Assembly: GCA_051546255.1 (NCBI GenBank) | Contig: CP128815.1 | Location: forward strand, 1,674,001-1,738,000 | Source of the DNA: Meyerozyma guilliermondii | Taxonomy: Eukaryota | Length of the DNA: 64,000 nucleotides | Reading direction: 5' to 3' | Shown: piece after piece, positions 30,746-40,488 of the stretch | How the letters are laid out: each line of letters opens with the position of its first letter | How positions within the stretch are numbered: the stretch's first letter is position 1 | Notes under the pieces: generated by a model | Told to the model about the DNA's origin: nothing | The model's input: only the letters and a program-made list of their open reading frames with translations | Databases searched by the model: none | Translations under genes and position numbers: made by a program

Positions 30746-32221
30746 CTAGTTGTGTTTTGCAGTTACCATAAGTACAAGCCATTGTAGTCGCCAGAGAAGA
30801 TTGTCCCAGCTGTCGTGAGGAATGGGGTTAAATGCTGCTTGCGGATTGAGATGTTTAAGTTGAATTCCGGTGGCATGGATGAGTTGCTGCAAATTTTGAT
30901 TTAGGAGGTGCAACCCTCTTTCGAAGTTTTCGTTTTGCTGGTTCTTGGTTCGTCGTATATCGTAATGTAGTGTGTAGCTGTGGCCAAAAGTATCGAAAAT
31001 GAACGACTCACAGCCTTGGGGTTCCATTTTGAACCCAAGTTGAACTCCGAGAACTTCAGCTAAAGCCTGTACCATTTGCAGAATGTAGCCTAAACCAGCA
31101 TTTATTTCCACCAATTTGGCTTGAGATTCTGGGGAAGGGTCGTAGCAGGTATCAAGAAGCTCGTGGATGGTTGGTGGAAACTCAATTCCAACCACGGAAA
31201 ATCTTACTGAACCCTCGGCATTCTCAATGGGCACAAATTGCAGCACCAGAGATGCATGTTCAAATACCTTTTTTCGTATTTCAGGGTAGAGTTGTTCTTG
31301 CAATGCCTCTTGCAAAGGATAGCATTCCTGGTCCAACATCTCGATTTGGTGGGTGGTTGTTGCAACTATTTCTGGAAACCGGTCGTCGACAAGACGTTTA
31401 ATATCGTCGATGGCTACTTTATAGTGCATTATTTCATGAAGAATGGAATCGTTATTGGACCGCTGGCGCCGTATATACTCGTCGAGCTGTCGTATTTGTC
31501 TTTTGAGCTTTTCGGTTTTGTAGGGCATAGTATTGATGTTTTCTGGGTCGATTAGCCAATGAATAGAATCATCGATATTGTGTGAAAAAAGTTGTTTAGA
31601 TGATTCCAATTCGGCCACCGACCGCTCGAGTTTCGTTAGCGACCGCACAGCTTCAAACGCGTACGATTTCTTCTGTGCTGGAGTGGAATTGGGGGTTTTT
31701 TTCTCGGATTGAGTTTTCTTGTCAATATAGTACAATTTTCCATCAAAATCCAATTCCACAAAATTCTTGGTTTCGGCCTCGGTCTCAATCTCGTGGATAG
31801 AGGTTGTGCTTGCTCGTAGGTGCACCAACAAGTGCCAAGGGCCATTTTGGTGACGAGCCCACACCTTAATTTGAAACTGAGAGCAATCCCGGGGTAAACG
31901 AGGAAGTGACAATTGTCGGAATTGCGGACTCAGATTTCCATAGATTACTTCGCTAACGTGGACGAGGGTCCATTGGGGTCCGGTCCGGACATACAAGGCG
32001 AAAAATGAGTCGACAAGCGTTTTTGCGTTCAATTGGCGAAGTTGTTCATAGTTGGGTATTTCCTGCGGGATGATGAGAATCGATGATTTTCTGGTTCTGG
32101 TCAGTTGTGAACGTTTCTGGGCCTCAGTGTGGCCCTCACAAGCTTCAGGGGGTCCCACATCCCCATCCAAAACGAGATCTCGTACGCTCAACCCACGGAG
32201 ACTGGAGAGCCTCAAGTTCAT
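30746..32221 (-). CDS. VPS38: UVRAG/Vps38-like PI3-kinase complex subunit
   Basis: LRLSSLRGLSVRDL N-terminus, C2-like HVSEVI..NLSPQF, coiled coil, INAGLGY, FERGL.LLN.NL.QL; start ATG 32221. Confidence 0.7.
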   Translation of the reverse strand: MNLRLSSLRGLSVRDLVLDGDVGPPEACEGHTEAQKRSQLTRTRKSSILIIPQEIPNYEQLRQLNAKTLVDSFFALYVRTGPQWTLVHVSEVIYGNLSPQFRQLSLPRLPRDCSQFQIKVWARHQNGPWHLLVHLRASTTSIHEIETEAETKNFVELDFDGKLYYIDKKTQSEKKTPNSTPAQKKSYAFEAVRSLTKLERSVAELESSKQLFSHNIDDSIHWLIDPENINTMPYKTEKLKRQIRQLDEYIRRQRSNNDSILHEIMHYKVAIDDIKRLVDDRFPEIVATTTHQIEMLDQECYPLQEALQEQLYPEIRKKVFEHASLVLQFVPIENAEGSVRFSVVGIEFPPTIHELLDTCYDPSPESQAKLVEINAGLGYILQMVQALAEVLGVQLGFKMEPQGCESFIFDTFGHSYTLHYDIRRTKNQQNENFERGLHLLNQNLQQLIHATGIQLKHLNPQAAFNPIPHDSWDNLLWRLQWLVLMVTAKHN

Positions 32222-32301
32222 GCGCAGAAGAATGCGGGTCGCAGCGTCAAATGCACGAAATGCGAACGCACAAACTACGAAACGCACGAAACCTCGTCTT
32301 C

Positions 32302-32991
32302 ATGGCCAACTATATCGTCGCTTTGGCCCATTTTTGCGAGCTTCACGGCCCCGTGTCCATCATATGCACCCAGCAGACACACGAGAACGTGCACCAGACG
32401 TCCTACCTTCTTCCTGGGAACTCCAAAGTACAAACCTGTGCTTCGTGCAAATTGGTGCTTCCTCAAGATGCAATAAACTTGATTACAAACGACACCAATG
32501 ATGCCAATGGTGCCCATACCGTGTGTATATCGTCGAAGTATCCCTCCTCACAAAGAAGGTACACCGCTCTTACAAAAGTGGTGATGAAAGCGTTGACAGT
32601 AGAAACCAGTGCCGACCCTAAACGGCCAATTTTGTACGGAGACAGTGTGGATGGCTACTGCATGAGCCGAGTATTCAAAGTACGAGACCCCAGTGCCCGC
32701 GGAGGCGAGAGAAAGTACAGTTTTATAGTACTTTGTGACAGCGAGAGCCATCTTTCACTGAACTGGGAAATCATAGCCATGTATATCGGCGAGATGATTT
32801 CACATATACAAGAAAAGGTGGAAGCCCGAAGGTCTAGCGGAGCCACAGAAGAAATTGATAACGAAAAATATTTACGAAGATCAATGGCACGGCCAAAACT
32901 GCTTGTGGAACTCACAGGAGACGACCAGATTTTTGTGAGGTTACATATGTGGGCGCGAGAGGTGCTCCGCGATGTTCAAATGAAAGATTGA
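32302..32991 (+). CDS. LST7: Folliculin homologue Lst7
   Basis: LAHFCELHGP..IICTQ, C.SC, F...D..ARGGERKYS, L.ELTGD..IF..LH; start ATG 32302. Confidence 0.9.
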   Translation: MANYIVALAHFCELHGPVSIICTQQTHENVHQTSYLLPGNSKVQTCASCKLVLPQDAINLITNDTNDANGAHTVCISSKYPSSQRRYTALTKVVMKALTVETSADPKRPILYGDSVDGYCMSRVFKVRDPSARGGERKYSFIVLCDSESHLSLNWEIIAMYIGEMISHIQEKVEARRSSGATEEIDNEKYLRRSMARPKLLVELTGDDQIFVRLHMWAREVLRDVQMKD

Positions 32992-33007
32992 GAAGCGAGA
33001 TAGACCG

Positions 33008-33127
33008 GTAATGATTAAAGTAATGATTATAATACAGTAATGATAAGAGTAATGATTCACGATATACCGTTAAATGTCAATCCTCGTGCATCGCGTGCAT
33101 CGCGCATTGCACCGCACCGCATCGCAC
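33008..33127. repeat. GTAATGAT x4 followed by GCAYCGC-type repeats
   Basis: GTAATGAT at 33008, 33020, 33037, 33049; gcatcgc/gcaccgc run at about 33088-33127. Confidence 0.7.
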
Positions 33128-33150
33128 CATGTAATTCTACCCATCGATCT

Positions 33151-34605
33151 ATGGTTTTGCTTTTATCCCTAATAACCATTATATCCGGCTACATATGGTG
33201 GACATATCCTGTTTCTACGAGTGGATTTGATCCACGTCTTGTTCCCGCCTTGTGGTTTCGGTGTATCATGGTTTCCACTTCATCCGGCACTTTCAATTCA
33301 TCTCTTCCCTTTAAATGGTCATCTTTGATTGGGTTACGCAAAGTCAATTGCAGCTGCAAGGCATTTGCAGACCATTATCATATTGAAACGGAACACCTTC
33401 CATGCGAAAATGTTCCCTATATGAGATTTTACGATCACCCTAGTCTTTCACTTTCATCGCTGGACCATGAATTGGTGGGTGCAACATATATGACCAACGC
33501 ACCATTACCGGCCAAAATTGTTTTTGTAGCACAACATGGGTTAATAGAGCTTGCTACGCATACTCAGAAGTTACAGATAAATTGTTCGGATGATCATATT
33601 GATATAAGAAGAGAATGGAACCAAGTTGCGAATATTTTGCAGCCGACCAAAGTTGTATCCCAATCTGCCAATTCACAACAAAACTTATGGGAGTCTCCTC
33701 CCGAGGCATCGTGCTCCAATATAAAGTACTTTCATGAAGTTGGAAGCCACCAGGATTGGCGTTTTTTTCGGTCTTGTGACCATAAACCTATCATCCATCG
33801 TATGGCCAGAGCTTGGTTTCGATTTGCAAGAGAAGCTGGTATAGACACTTGGTTAGCACATGGTCTGGCCCTAGGATGGTACTGGAATCGTCTGAACCTT
33901 CCGTGGGACAATGATATTGATGTTCAGGTGAGTTTTAGTGGTCTTGAAAGACTTTTGCAATTTAACCAGTCCATCGTATTTGATGTCCATGATACAAATT
34001 CCGTCAACCTTGGCGTAGGAGGATACCTTCTTGACGTCAACAGCAACATATACTGTCGAGAAAATGACTTGAACAACGTTATCGATGCCAGATTCATCGA
34101 CATATTCTCGGGTTATTTCGTCGATATAACAGCTTTATCATATGTCCCAAAAAACATGGAAGTTGAAAGCGAAGAACTTTCGCAAGTCATAGAACCAAGT
34201 TACACCATCTACCAAGCCAATCCGACTTACAATCACAAAAAAATGTATGCTTCAATGGCAGAAACCAGAAACAATTTGATCGCGAATCATCTGCTTCTTT
34301 ATGCAAAAGATCACCACTTTTATACAACCACAGATATCTTGCCATTGCAAAAAACCATGTTTGAAGGAGTGGTCATGTATGTCCCCAACAACATAGAAAG
34401 TATGTTAAAACGAGAATATCCAAAAGGATTTCTTTATCGAAGATTCGAAGGGCATTCTTTTGAGCTGGGAGTGTGGAAAACTCCAGGCCAAGATGTAACT
34501 CAATTTCAACAATTACTCAATACCAAACAATTGAAAGACATACCGCCAGTCTGGAAAGATCCTTGGGTCCGGTGGACTAATTCCTCCTTAATAAAAGTGT
34601 CTTAA
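33151..34605 (+). CDS. LicD-family mannosylphosphorylation protein (Mnn4/Mnn14-like)
   Basis: N-terminal TM anchor; WLAHG(S)ALGWYWN..LPWDNDIDVQ, N.IDARFID..SG.FVDIT. Confidence 0.82.
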   Translation: MVLLLSLITIISGYIWWTYPVSTSGFDPRLVPALWFRCIMVSTSSGTFNSSLPFKWSSLIGLRKVNCSCKAFADHYHIETEHLPCENVPYMRFYDHPSLSLSSLDHELVGATYMTNAPLPAKIVFVAQHGLIELATHTQKLQINCSDDHIDIRREWNQVANILQPTKVVSQSANSQQNLWESPPEASCSNIKYFHEVGSHQDWRFFRSCDHKPIIHRMARAWFRFAREAGIDTWLAHGLALGWYWNRLNLPWDNDIDVQVSFSGLERLLQFNQSIVFDVHDTNSVNLGVGGYLLDVNSNIYCRENDLNNVIDARFIDIFSGYFVDITALSYVPKNMEVESEELSQVIEPSYTIYQANPTYNHKKMYASMAETRNNLIANHLLLYAKDHHFYTTTDILPLQKTMFEGVVMYVPNNIESMLKREYPKGFLYRRFEGHSFELGVWKTPGQDVTQFQQLLNTKQLKDIPPVWKDPWVRWTNSSLIKVS

Positions 34606-34606
34606 A

Positions 34607-35074
34607 TTACACGATTTGCATCCGGGAAAGAGGCCATATTATAGCCACCACTTTTCCCACCACCAATCCCTGGCTTATAGGGCCAAATGTGTTGGAGTCA
34701 ACCGAGTGTGCCGTGTTATCTCCTTCAACCCAGAGGTGATTTCGTGGAATCAATGCCTGGTTTTTCGGATATGGTGGACTGTGGGGAAACACTGTATCTC
34801 CTTGTAATCCGGTAATTCTCTTCGTAACCAACTTTTCTGGATTGTTCGGCGACCGAAACATGATTATGTCGCCGCGCCGGAGCGAATTGGGTCGTTTAAG
34901 ATTGTATTTTTGAACTATGGCGATATCTTGAGAAGTGGTGGTGGTACCAGGATTGAACGTAGGAGACATTGAAGTTCCTGAAATATGACATGGCTGATAC
35001 ACATGGTTATGGAAGGTGTAGAGAACGGGAAACCACGTAAGGGTAACGAATGCAGTCCTTGTGTAGTGTGCCAT
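34607..35074 (-). CDS. IMP2: Mitochondrial inner membrane protease subunit 2
   Basis: GTSMSPT (Ser), KRI (Lys), WVEGDN..HS.DSNTFGPI. Confidence 0.88.
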   Translation of the reverse strand: MAHYTRTAFVTLTWFPVLYTFHNHVYQPCHISGTSMSPTFNPGTTTTSQDIAIVQKYNLKRPNSLRRGDIIMFRSPNNPEKLVTKRITGLQGDTVFPHSPPYPKNQALIPRNHLWVEGDNTAHSVDSNTFGPISQGLVVGKVVAIIWPLSRMQIV

Positions 35075-35223
35075 AACCCAATAAGTTTCGGATCGTAAAG
35101 ATTTCGGTTTGAAAGTTGCTTATGTAAGCGTGATGCTTGATATACCTTGGAGCTACATGAACTTGCATGTAGGCCTGTGCGTGTGCATAAAAGTCGCTTC
35201 ATATCTCATCAAGGTTGCTGAAC

Positions 35224-35520
35224 ATGTCGGGCTTGTTGGATCAGATATTGATGGAAGATATTGCTAGAAACTGTCCCCAGCAGTTTTTGGCGTTCCACAA
35301 GTGTATGGGTGATCCCCAAGGGTCCAATTGTGGAACAGAACAGGTCCAATTGGCTGTATGCATCAAGGGCCAAGTTCCTGCTTTTCAAAAAATTCAAGGC
35401 GAATGTGGAGGAAGACTTCAAGCTTATGAAGCATGTTTAAAGAATGCTAGAGGTGACACCAAACGGTGCGAAGGAGACTTGAAAATATTGAGGAAATGTG
35501 CATTGGGATCTGTAAGTTAA
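35224..35520 (+). CDS. MIX14: Twin CX9C intermembrane-space protein Mix14
   Basis: LDQILMEDIA.NCPQQFLAFHKC; four CX9C-type motifs; start ATG 35224. Confidence 0.85.
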   Translation: MSGLLDQILMEDIARNCPQQFLAFHKCMGDPQGSNCGTEQVQLAVCIKGQVPAFQKIQGECGGRLQAYEACLKNARGDTKRCEGDLKILRKCALGSVS

Positions 35521-35783
35521 CAAAAGGGAAATTGAGATCAGTTTGGTAGATATCGAATGAAAGTCAATTGCAAGATTACAAGAACTAGGACTGAAATTAA
35601 GCGAAAATAAAAACGAAACAAAAATATAGTTGCGTTGACTAATGTGAAGAATGGATCTAAATATGTTGCAGGGTCTGCTGCAATGTAGCTTTGGGTAATA
35701 TTTCAGCAATTTTAATGTAAGAGCAAGAAGAGTATTCTACGATTCCAAGCAAGTATGAAGTATAAATTTTTAAGTAATTTCTG

Positions 35784-36434
35784 TCAACTCTTATATTTCT
35801 GAGGCACATTATCCAAACGAATTTGCGATAAAAAGTTTCGAGTAGTTTCTCTTAACTCTGGATTGGCATTGTGAGTCTCCTCCATTTCATGTTCATGGTG
35901 GAGCAATTCGTGCTCAATATCCTCTTTATGTTTAATTTTGATATCTGGATCATCGTTCATATGGAATTCTTTCCAATGATGTTCTTCGTATTCCAGCTCG
36001 AAATCAAGGTGGTGACCTTGTCCATACCCAAAATCTGGAAGCTCTCCGCCGTTTTCAGTGAATTTCTTCCACTCGTCCAATGTAATTTTTCCATCATTAT
36101 TACTATCCACTAATCGCAATATTTCTGATACAACATGGTCTTTAGCTTCTTTAGTTATGCCCTCCTGATCATGACTATGACGACCCATTCCCGATCCGTC
36201 GCCCACTACTGACTCCCGGAGAAGCCCGTACAAGTTTAAAATGTCGCTGGGTGTCCATTCTTGTTGGTTTTTGAGTGCATGAATGGTGAAAAATGATTCG
36301 GAGTCGTACGAGTCCATTTTGTGTTCTTCAAGCATATGCCAATTCTGCCACAGAAGTCCTGGTGGAGGCGTGTTGGAATCGTGGCTTCCATGTGCCACAA
36401 CCAAGGCGGCAAGTGCCAAAATACCGAGTTTCAT
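35784..36434 (-). CDS. SSP120: Secretory EF-hand protein Ssp120
   Basis: Signal peptide, WHMLEEH, EF-hand DSNNDGKITLDE, LPDFG.G.GHH.D.E.EYE.HHW; start ATG 36434. Confidence 0.88.
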   Translation of the reverse strand: MKLGILALAALVVAHGSHDSNTPPPGLLWQNWHMLEEHKMDSYDSESFFTIHALKNQQEWTPSDILNLYGLLRESVVGDGSGMGRHSHDQEGITKEAKDHVVSEILRLVDSNNDGKITLDEWKKFTENGGELPDFGYGQGHHLDFELEYEEHHWKEFHMNDDPDIKIKHKEDIEHELLHHEHEMEETHNANPELRETTRNFLSQIRLDNVPQKYKS

Positions 36435-36555
36435 TTTTGGTGGAATGTATTTGGTTTGGCGGGTGTGTGGGTGCGGATCGATCAATGAATGAGTGTGCAT
36501 AATGCACCATGCACAACGTGCAGCCACTTACATCGAGGTTGACGTTAACCCCACA

Positions 36556-37101
36556 ATGAACCCCAACCCGAATATGCCTGTGAAGCCCACAGAAGCACGA
36601 GTGGGTCGTGAGAACCAGAGATACAACCTGGAAACGGGCGCTCGAATGGTTGCGGGCTGTATTTGTATGGACGAAGCCAAGGAACGGATCATTATGATTC
36701 TGAGTATTAAGCACCCAGATAGGTGGATTCTACCAAAAGGAGGAATTGAGTTGGATGAAGGTGATGAGTTTGTTACTACCGCGGTCAGAGAAACTTGGGA
36801 GGAAGCTGGATGCGAAGGCAAGATTTTGAGGAAACTTCCGGTGGTATACGACAGCCGGGGTAAGAATGCTCCAACCATCAAGGGTTCATTTGATCCCTCA
36901 AAGGTGATTCCAAAGACAGAATTCCATTTCTACGACATGGTAATCGACCAATTGAGCCAAGATTGGCCTGAGCTGCACAAGAGACAACGACGCTGGTGCA
37001 CCTACAGCGAGGCTAAGCACGAATTGGTCAAAGCCAACCGGCCGGAATTGGTGCTGGCTCTCGAGCTGTCGGCCGTTCGACACGACGAAGAAGTATATTA
37101 A
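36556..37101 (+). CDS. DDP1: Nudix diphosphoinositol polyphosphate phosphohydrolase
   Basis: AR.GRENQRY...GAR.VAGC, Nudix box PKGG.E...A.RETWEEAG. Confidence 0.92.
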   Translation: MNPNPNMPVKPTEARVGRENQRYNLETGARMVAGCICMDEAKERIIMILSIKHPDRWILPKGGIELDEGDEFVTTAVRETWEEAGCEGKILRKLPVVYDSRGKNAPTIKGSFDPSKVIPKTEFHFYDMVIDQLSQDWPELHKRQRRWCTYSEAKHELVKANRPELVLALELSAVRHDEEVY

Positions 37102-38034
37102 TTATTTAAATAACCCTCCCATCATATTAGCAAACATGTTTTGACCTCCGGTATTTCCTAGTTTCAACTGGAAATATGTCTTTCCCAAATACTCCACTGG
37201 AGCCACAAGTTGGGCTTTTTCAAGGTTTGGTTTATAGTGATCGAGTAACTTGAGAAACTTGTTTCCTGCTTCCTCTTTGGAGAGGGTTAATACCAAGAGC
37301 TGGACGAAATTGCAAAGTGGATAATTTTCATTGTAGCTGATTCCTCCCTCTTGCTTGAACTCATTGGCGCCAATAAGTTTGATGAATTGGTGAACAAATT
37401 CTTGTGCAAATGTCACGTTCTTAAGGTATCCATAGTTCAAAGCACCACGAGCCATGAATATTCCTGGATCCCCGCCATTTATAGCCCACACATCGTACAA
37501 AAATTGACAATATGCATCCCGAGATTCACTGGTACCCAACACGCAGTGTAATTCTGCAATAGCAAATAATTTTGATTTTTCGTCATTCGTGGCAGTGGAC
37601 TTTCTTATGGCGCCTAAAAACTTGAGACCGAATAAATGATGAAGATCGGCGTCTCCAAATTTATTTTCCGTATTTTCCTGACTCCAATTGGTGGATTTTT
37701 TCGCCAAATCAGCCAATGCGGGGTCTGTTTGAGGTAATTGGTTCACCAATTCAATCAACTTCATCTTGTATTCTTTGTGGGCGGCGTCGCATATTATGCC
37801 TGCTTCCGAGTATACAGCCAACAAATATATTATCAAGTCGGTAGCCGATGCATATTCGGATTTTGCAGCCAAAATAGATGCAGCTTGATAGAGAAGATCG
37901 ATTGCATCAGAATACTGTTTTGCCTTCACATACCGATTCGTGATTATACGCACCGTCTGGTGGGCTTCATAATATGAGCCGGCATCGATCTTTGCGCGGA
38001 AACGGGTAATGGTTCGTTGGAGCTTGTCAGACAT
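37102..38034 (-). CDS. GET4: GET pathway factor Get4
   Basis: G.YYEAHQ..R....RY, GD..LH, YF....GGQNMFANMMGGLF. Confidence 0.92.
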   Translation of the reverse strand: MSDKLQRTITRFRAKIDAGSYYEAHQTVRIITNRYVKAKQYSDAIDLLYQAASILAAKSEYASATDLIIYLLAVYSEAGIICDAAHKEYKMKLIELVNQLPQTDPALADLAKKSTNWSQENTENKFGDADLHHLFGLKFLGAIRKSTATNDEKSKLFAIAELHCVLGTSESRDAYCQFLYDVWAINGGDPGIFMARGALNYGYLKNVTFAQEFVHQFIKLIGANEFKQEGGISYNENYPLCNFVQLLVLTLSKEEAGNKFLKLLDHYKPNLEKAQLVAPVEYLGKTYFQLKLGNTGGQNMFANMMGGLFK

Positions 38035-38206
38035 GATGCAAATCTATCAAATAAAGCGTCAAATAAATGCAATGCAATGCACTCTCTTAGTTTCTGCTTT
38101 GCATGAGTTTCGAATGTCAATCGTGCATACAACCGCATATACATCCAAACACCACCGCCGAGGCCTTTCAACCCGGGAATCATCCGCAACATTCAACCTA
38201 GGTGAT

Positions 38207-38558
38207 ATGAGAGCTTTTGCCAGATTGTTGAAGCATACCCCACTCATCAAGTTTGTGGGTGGTCCTCACAAGGCCGAAAGTAAGTTGATAAGGTGCAAAT
38301 CCTCCTAAAGGGAAAGCTACTAACCAAGATATTTCGCATGCCGTCAAAGCCCATCCCTGTGCACCCGACGGAAAAGTTCCCGGATCCAGTGGGCTGGGTG
38401 CCGGAACCTCTAGCGGGTCTCAATTTAAATCCGGAATCGAACCTCGTGAAGGAGAGGTATTTTCTCGTGCCGAATTATCACCTCGTTTCCGCTACAAGCC
38501 TATTAAAGATTCAGAAATTGAACAGCTGCTTAGCGGTGGTGCGGAGTTGGTGTTCTGA
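38207..38558 (+). CDS. KGD4: Alpha-ketoglutarate dehydrogenase subunit 4 (Kgd4/Ymr31/MRPS36); exons 38207-38279 and 38329-38558
   Basis: Spliced product MRAFARLLKHTPLIKFVGGPH...HPCAP...RAELSPRFRYKPI...EIE...SGGA; next to PRE4 and near RET2 as in S. cerevisiae; absent from the ORF track. Confidence 0.88.
38280..38328 (+). other. 49-nt intron in KGD4 with AAG acceptor
   Basis: GTAAGT...TACTAAC-CAAG; removal joins two family motifs in frame. Confidence 0.87.
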
Positions 38559-38707
38559 TCCATAGCAATACATAAACGATAGAAAAGTGTAGTAAATGGA
38601 AGAAGTGGGTGGTATAGTGGGTGTGTGGATGGAAGAGTACGAATGCTTGGTGTTTGGGTGCGCGTCTTACCTATTCTCAACTTCAGTCTCGCACGCTCAA
38701 CGCCACC

Positions 38708-39529
38708 ATGAACCACGATCCTTATGTATGGGGACGTCCCGATGACGCCGTTTACGGGGCCTATAACCATGCAATTGCCAATGCCAGCAGCCATGGCAAC
38801 GTACAGGAAGAAACCAGCTTTCCCAAGATGAATAGTCAGCAACCAATCATTACTGGAACTTCGGTGAATTCGATCAAATTTAAAGACGGAGTAATTGTTG
38901 CTGCCGACAACATGGGATCATATGGATCCTTGCTTAGGTTCAACAATATCGAAAGAATCTTCAAAGTTGGTAAAGAAACCGTCGTGGGAGTCTCAGGAGA
39001 CATCTCAGATTTCCAACAGATTCAAAGATTGTTGGACGAATTGGAGATTACCGAAGAAATATATGACAACGATGGAGGACACAACTTACGGGCACCCAAT
39101 GTCCATGAATACTTGACAAGAGTGTTGTACAATAGGAGATCGAAAATGGATCCTTTATGGAATGCCGTTGTAGTGGCTGGTTTCAATGATGACAAAACTC
39201 CTTTTTTGAGGTATGTGGATTTGTTAGGCGTCACCTACGGGCTGTCGGCTATATGTACCGGATTTGGAGCCCACTTGGCTATTCCGCTTTTGCGTCAATT
39301 GGTTCCTGATGACAAGGATTACCAAAATGTGACAGAAGAACAAGCAAGAGAAGCCATTATCAATTGCATGAAGGTTTTATTCTACAGAGATGCGCGTTCC
39401 AGCGACAAGTTTACGTTGGTGACTTTAAAGCAGGGCCAGCCCCCTAAATTTGAAAAGGACTTGCGTTGCGAGAACCAAAACTGGAGGTTTGCCAAGGATC
39501 TCGTGGGATACGGCAGCACGCAGTTGTAG
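38708..39529 (+). CDS. PRE4: 20S proteasome beta-7 subunit
   Basis: MNHDP..WGRP, QQPIITGTSV, YNRRSKMDPLWN, LFYRDARS. Confidence 0.96.
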   Translation: MNHDPYVWGRPDDAVYGAYNHAIANASSHGNVQEETSFPKMNSQQPIITGTSVNSIKFKDGVIVAADNMGSYGSLLRFNNIERIFKVGKETVVGVSGDISDFQQIQRLLDELEITEEIYDNDGGHNLRAPNVHEYLTRVLYNRRSKMDPLWNAVVVAGFNDDKTPFLRYVDLLGVTYGLSAICTGFGAHLAIPLLRQLVPDDKDYQNVTEEQAREAIINCMKVLFYRDARSSDKFTLVTLKQGQPPKFEKDLRCENQNWRFAKDLVGYGSTQL

Positions 39530-39607
39530 TTCTTGAAATCCCAGAATCGGATCTCGGAATCGTGAATCTCAGATCGTTGAATAAGTCACCGCCTATAACT
39601 GCACAAT

Positions 39608-39813
39608 TGCTACAACACCATGTTAGCATATGCTAACAATTTGCTACAATCTGCTATAAACTGCTACAATGCTAAATACAAAGCTTATCATTTGCTACAG
39701 ACTGAACCGCGATATGTTCGTCTGCTTCTTTATCGCTATCGCTTTTCATTGCTTTTCCATTGCTCTTTCATTGCTTCTCTCATCACTTTCATCACTTTCA
39801 TCACTTTTCATCG
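39608..39813. repeat. Low-complexity tandem arrays TGCTACA x4 and CATCACTTT x3
   Basis: TGCTACA at 39608, 39642, 39662, 39693; catcacttt x3 from 39781. Confidence 0.7.
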
Positions 39814-40488
39814 CCTCTTTCATTTGCTCTTGACTAACGAGCATTCAGTTCTCCATGCCAATCCTCGGTCTTATCCTGTTCCTCGTTTGAATACGTTTTT
39901 TCGTGCTTTCCTGTTGGCTAAAGGAAGGGCTTAGATCCCCCGCATACCTTAAAGCTTATCATGCATCTTCACTTCCACACGAGACAAGTTCAGCAAGTAT
40001 ACACGGTGCCAGAATCCCCTCGGCCGCCTGCGGTCCATCCCGATCTCCTTGGCATATTTTAGTGGCGCCACACGATTATTGATTCATTGTTCTCAATGCC
40101 GTCTCCATGCGGCTGTATTATGCACAAACGGTGTTTGCTGCAAGTTCGGTGCGTCTATTTTAACGCCAGTTATGGCACCACGATTTCCCCTCCTTCGACA
40201 AGTGTCGAGATTATCACTCATGCATCCTTGACATCACACCACACAACCCCAATTTACCATTAAAGCCACTTTGAGCCGTCGTAAATGTGGCGCTGCGTCA
40301 TCGATATGCACCTTTGTTTCTAGAAGACGCACTCTACCCGTCAACGCCATTTTTCGTGCTTCTTGTGCAGGGCACGTCTGTTTCTGGGGTCAGGGAGGGG
40401 AAGCCCCTAAACCAACCTCGTATACACCTACCTTGACAGTTGTGGACGTTTGCTTTCCCTTGGCTTGGTGAGAACGCATGGAACTACT

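Noticed and set aside
33151..34605. AT-richer LicD-family gene as a horizontal transfer
   Set aside because: Motifs match the native fungal Mnn4 family, it uses CTG=Ser, and there are no mobility signatures
38526..38528. CTG in KGD4 at a position that is usually hydrophobic, hinting at Leu decoding
   Set aside because: Single site in a short variable motif, outweighed by many CTG=Ser sites
39831..39848. TGACTAAC branch-like motif upstream of PDE1
   Set aside because: No GTATGT/GTAAGT donor found upstream in the intergenic region
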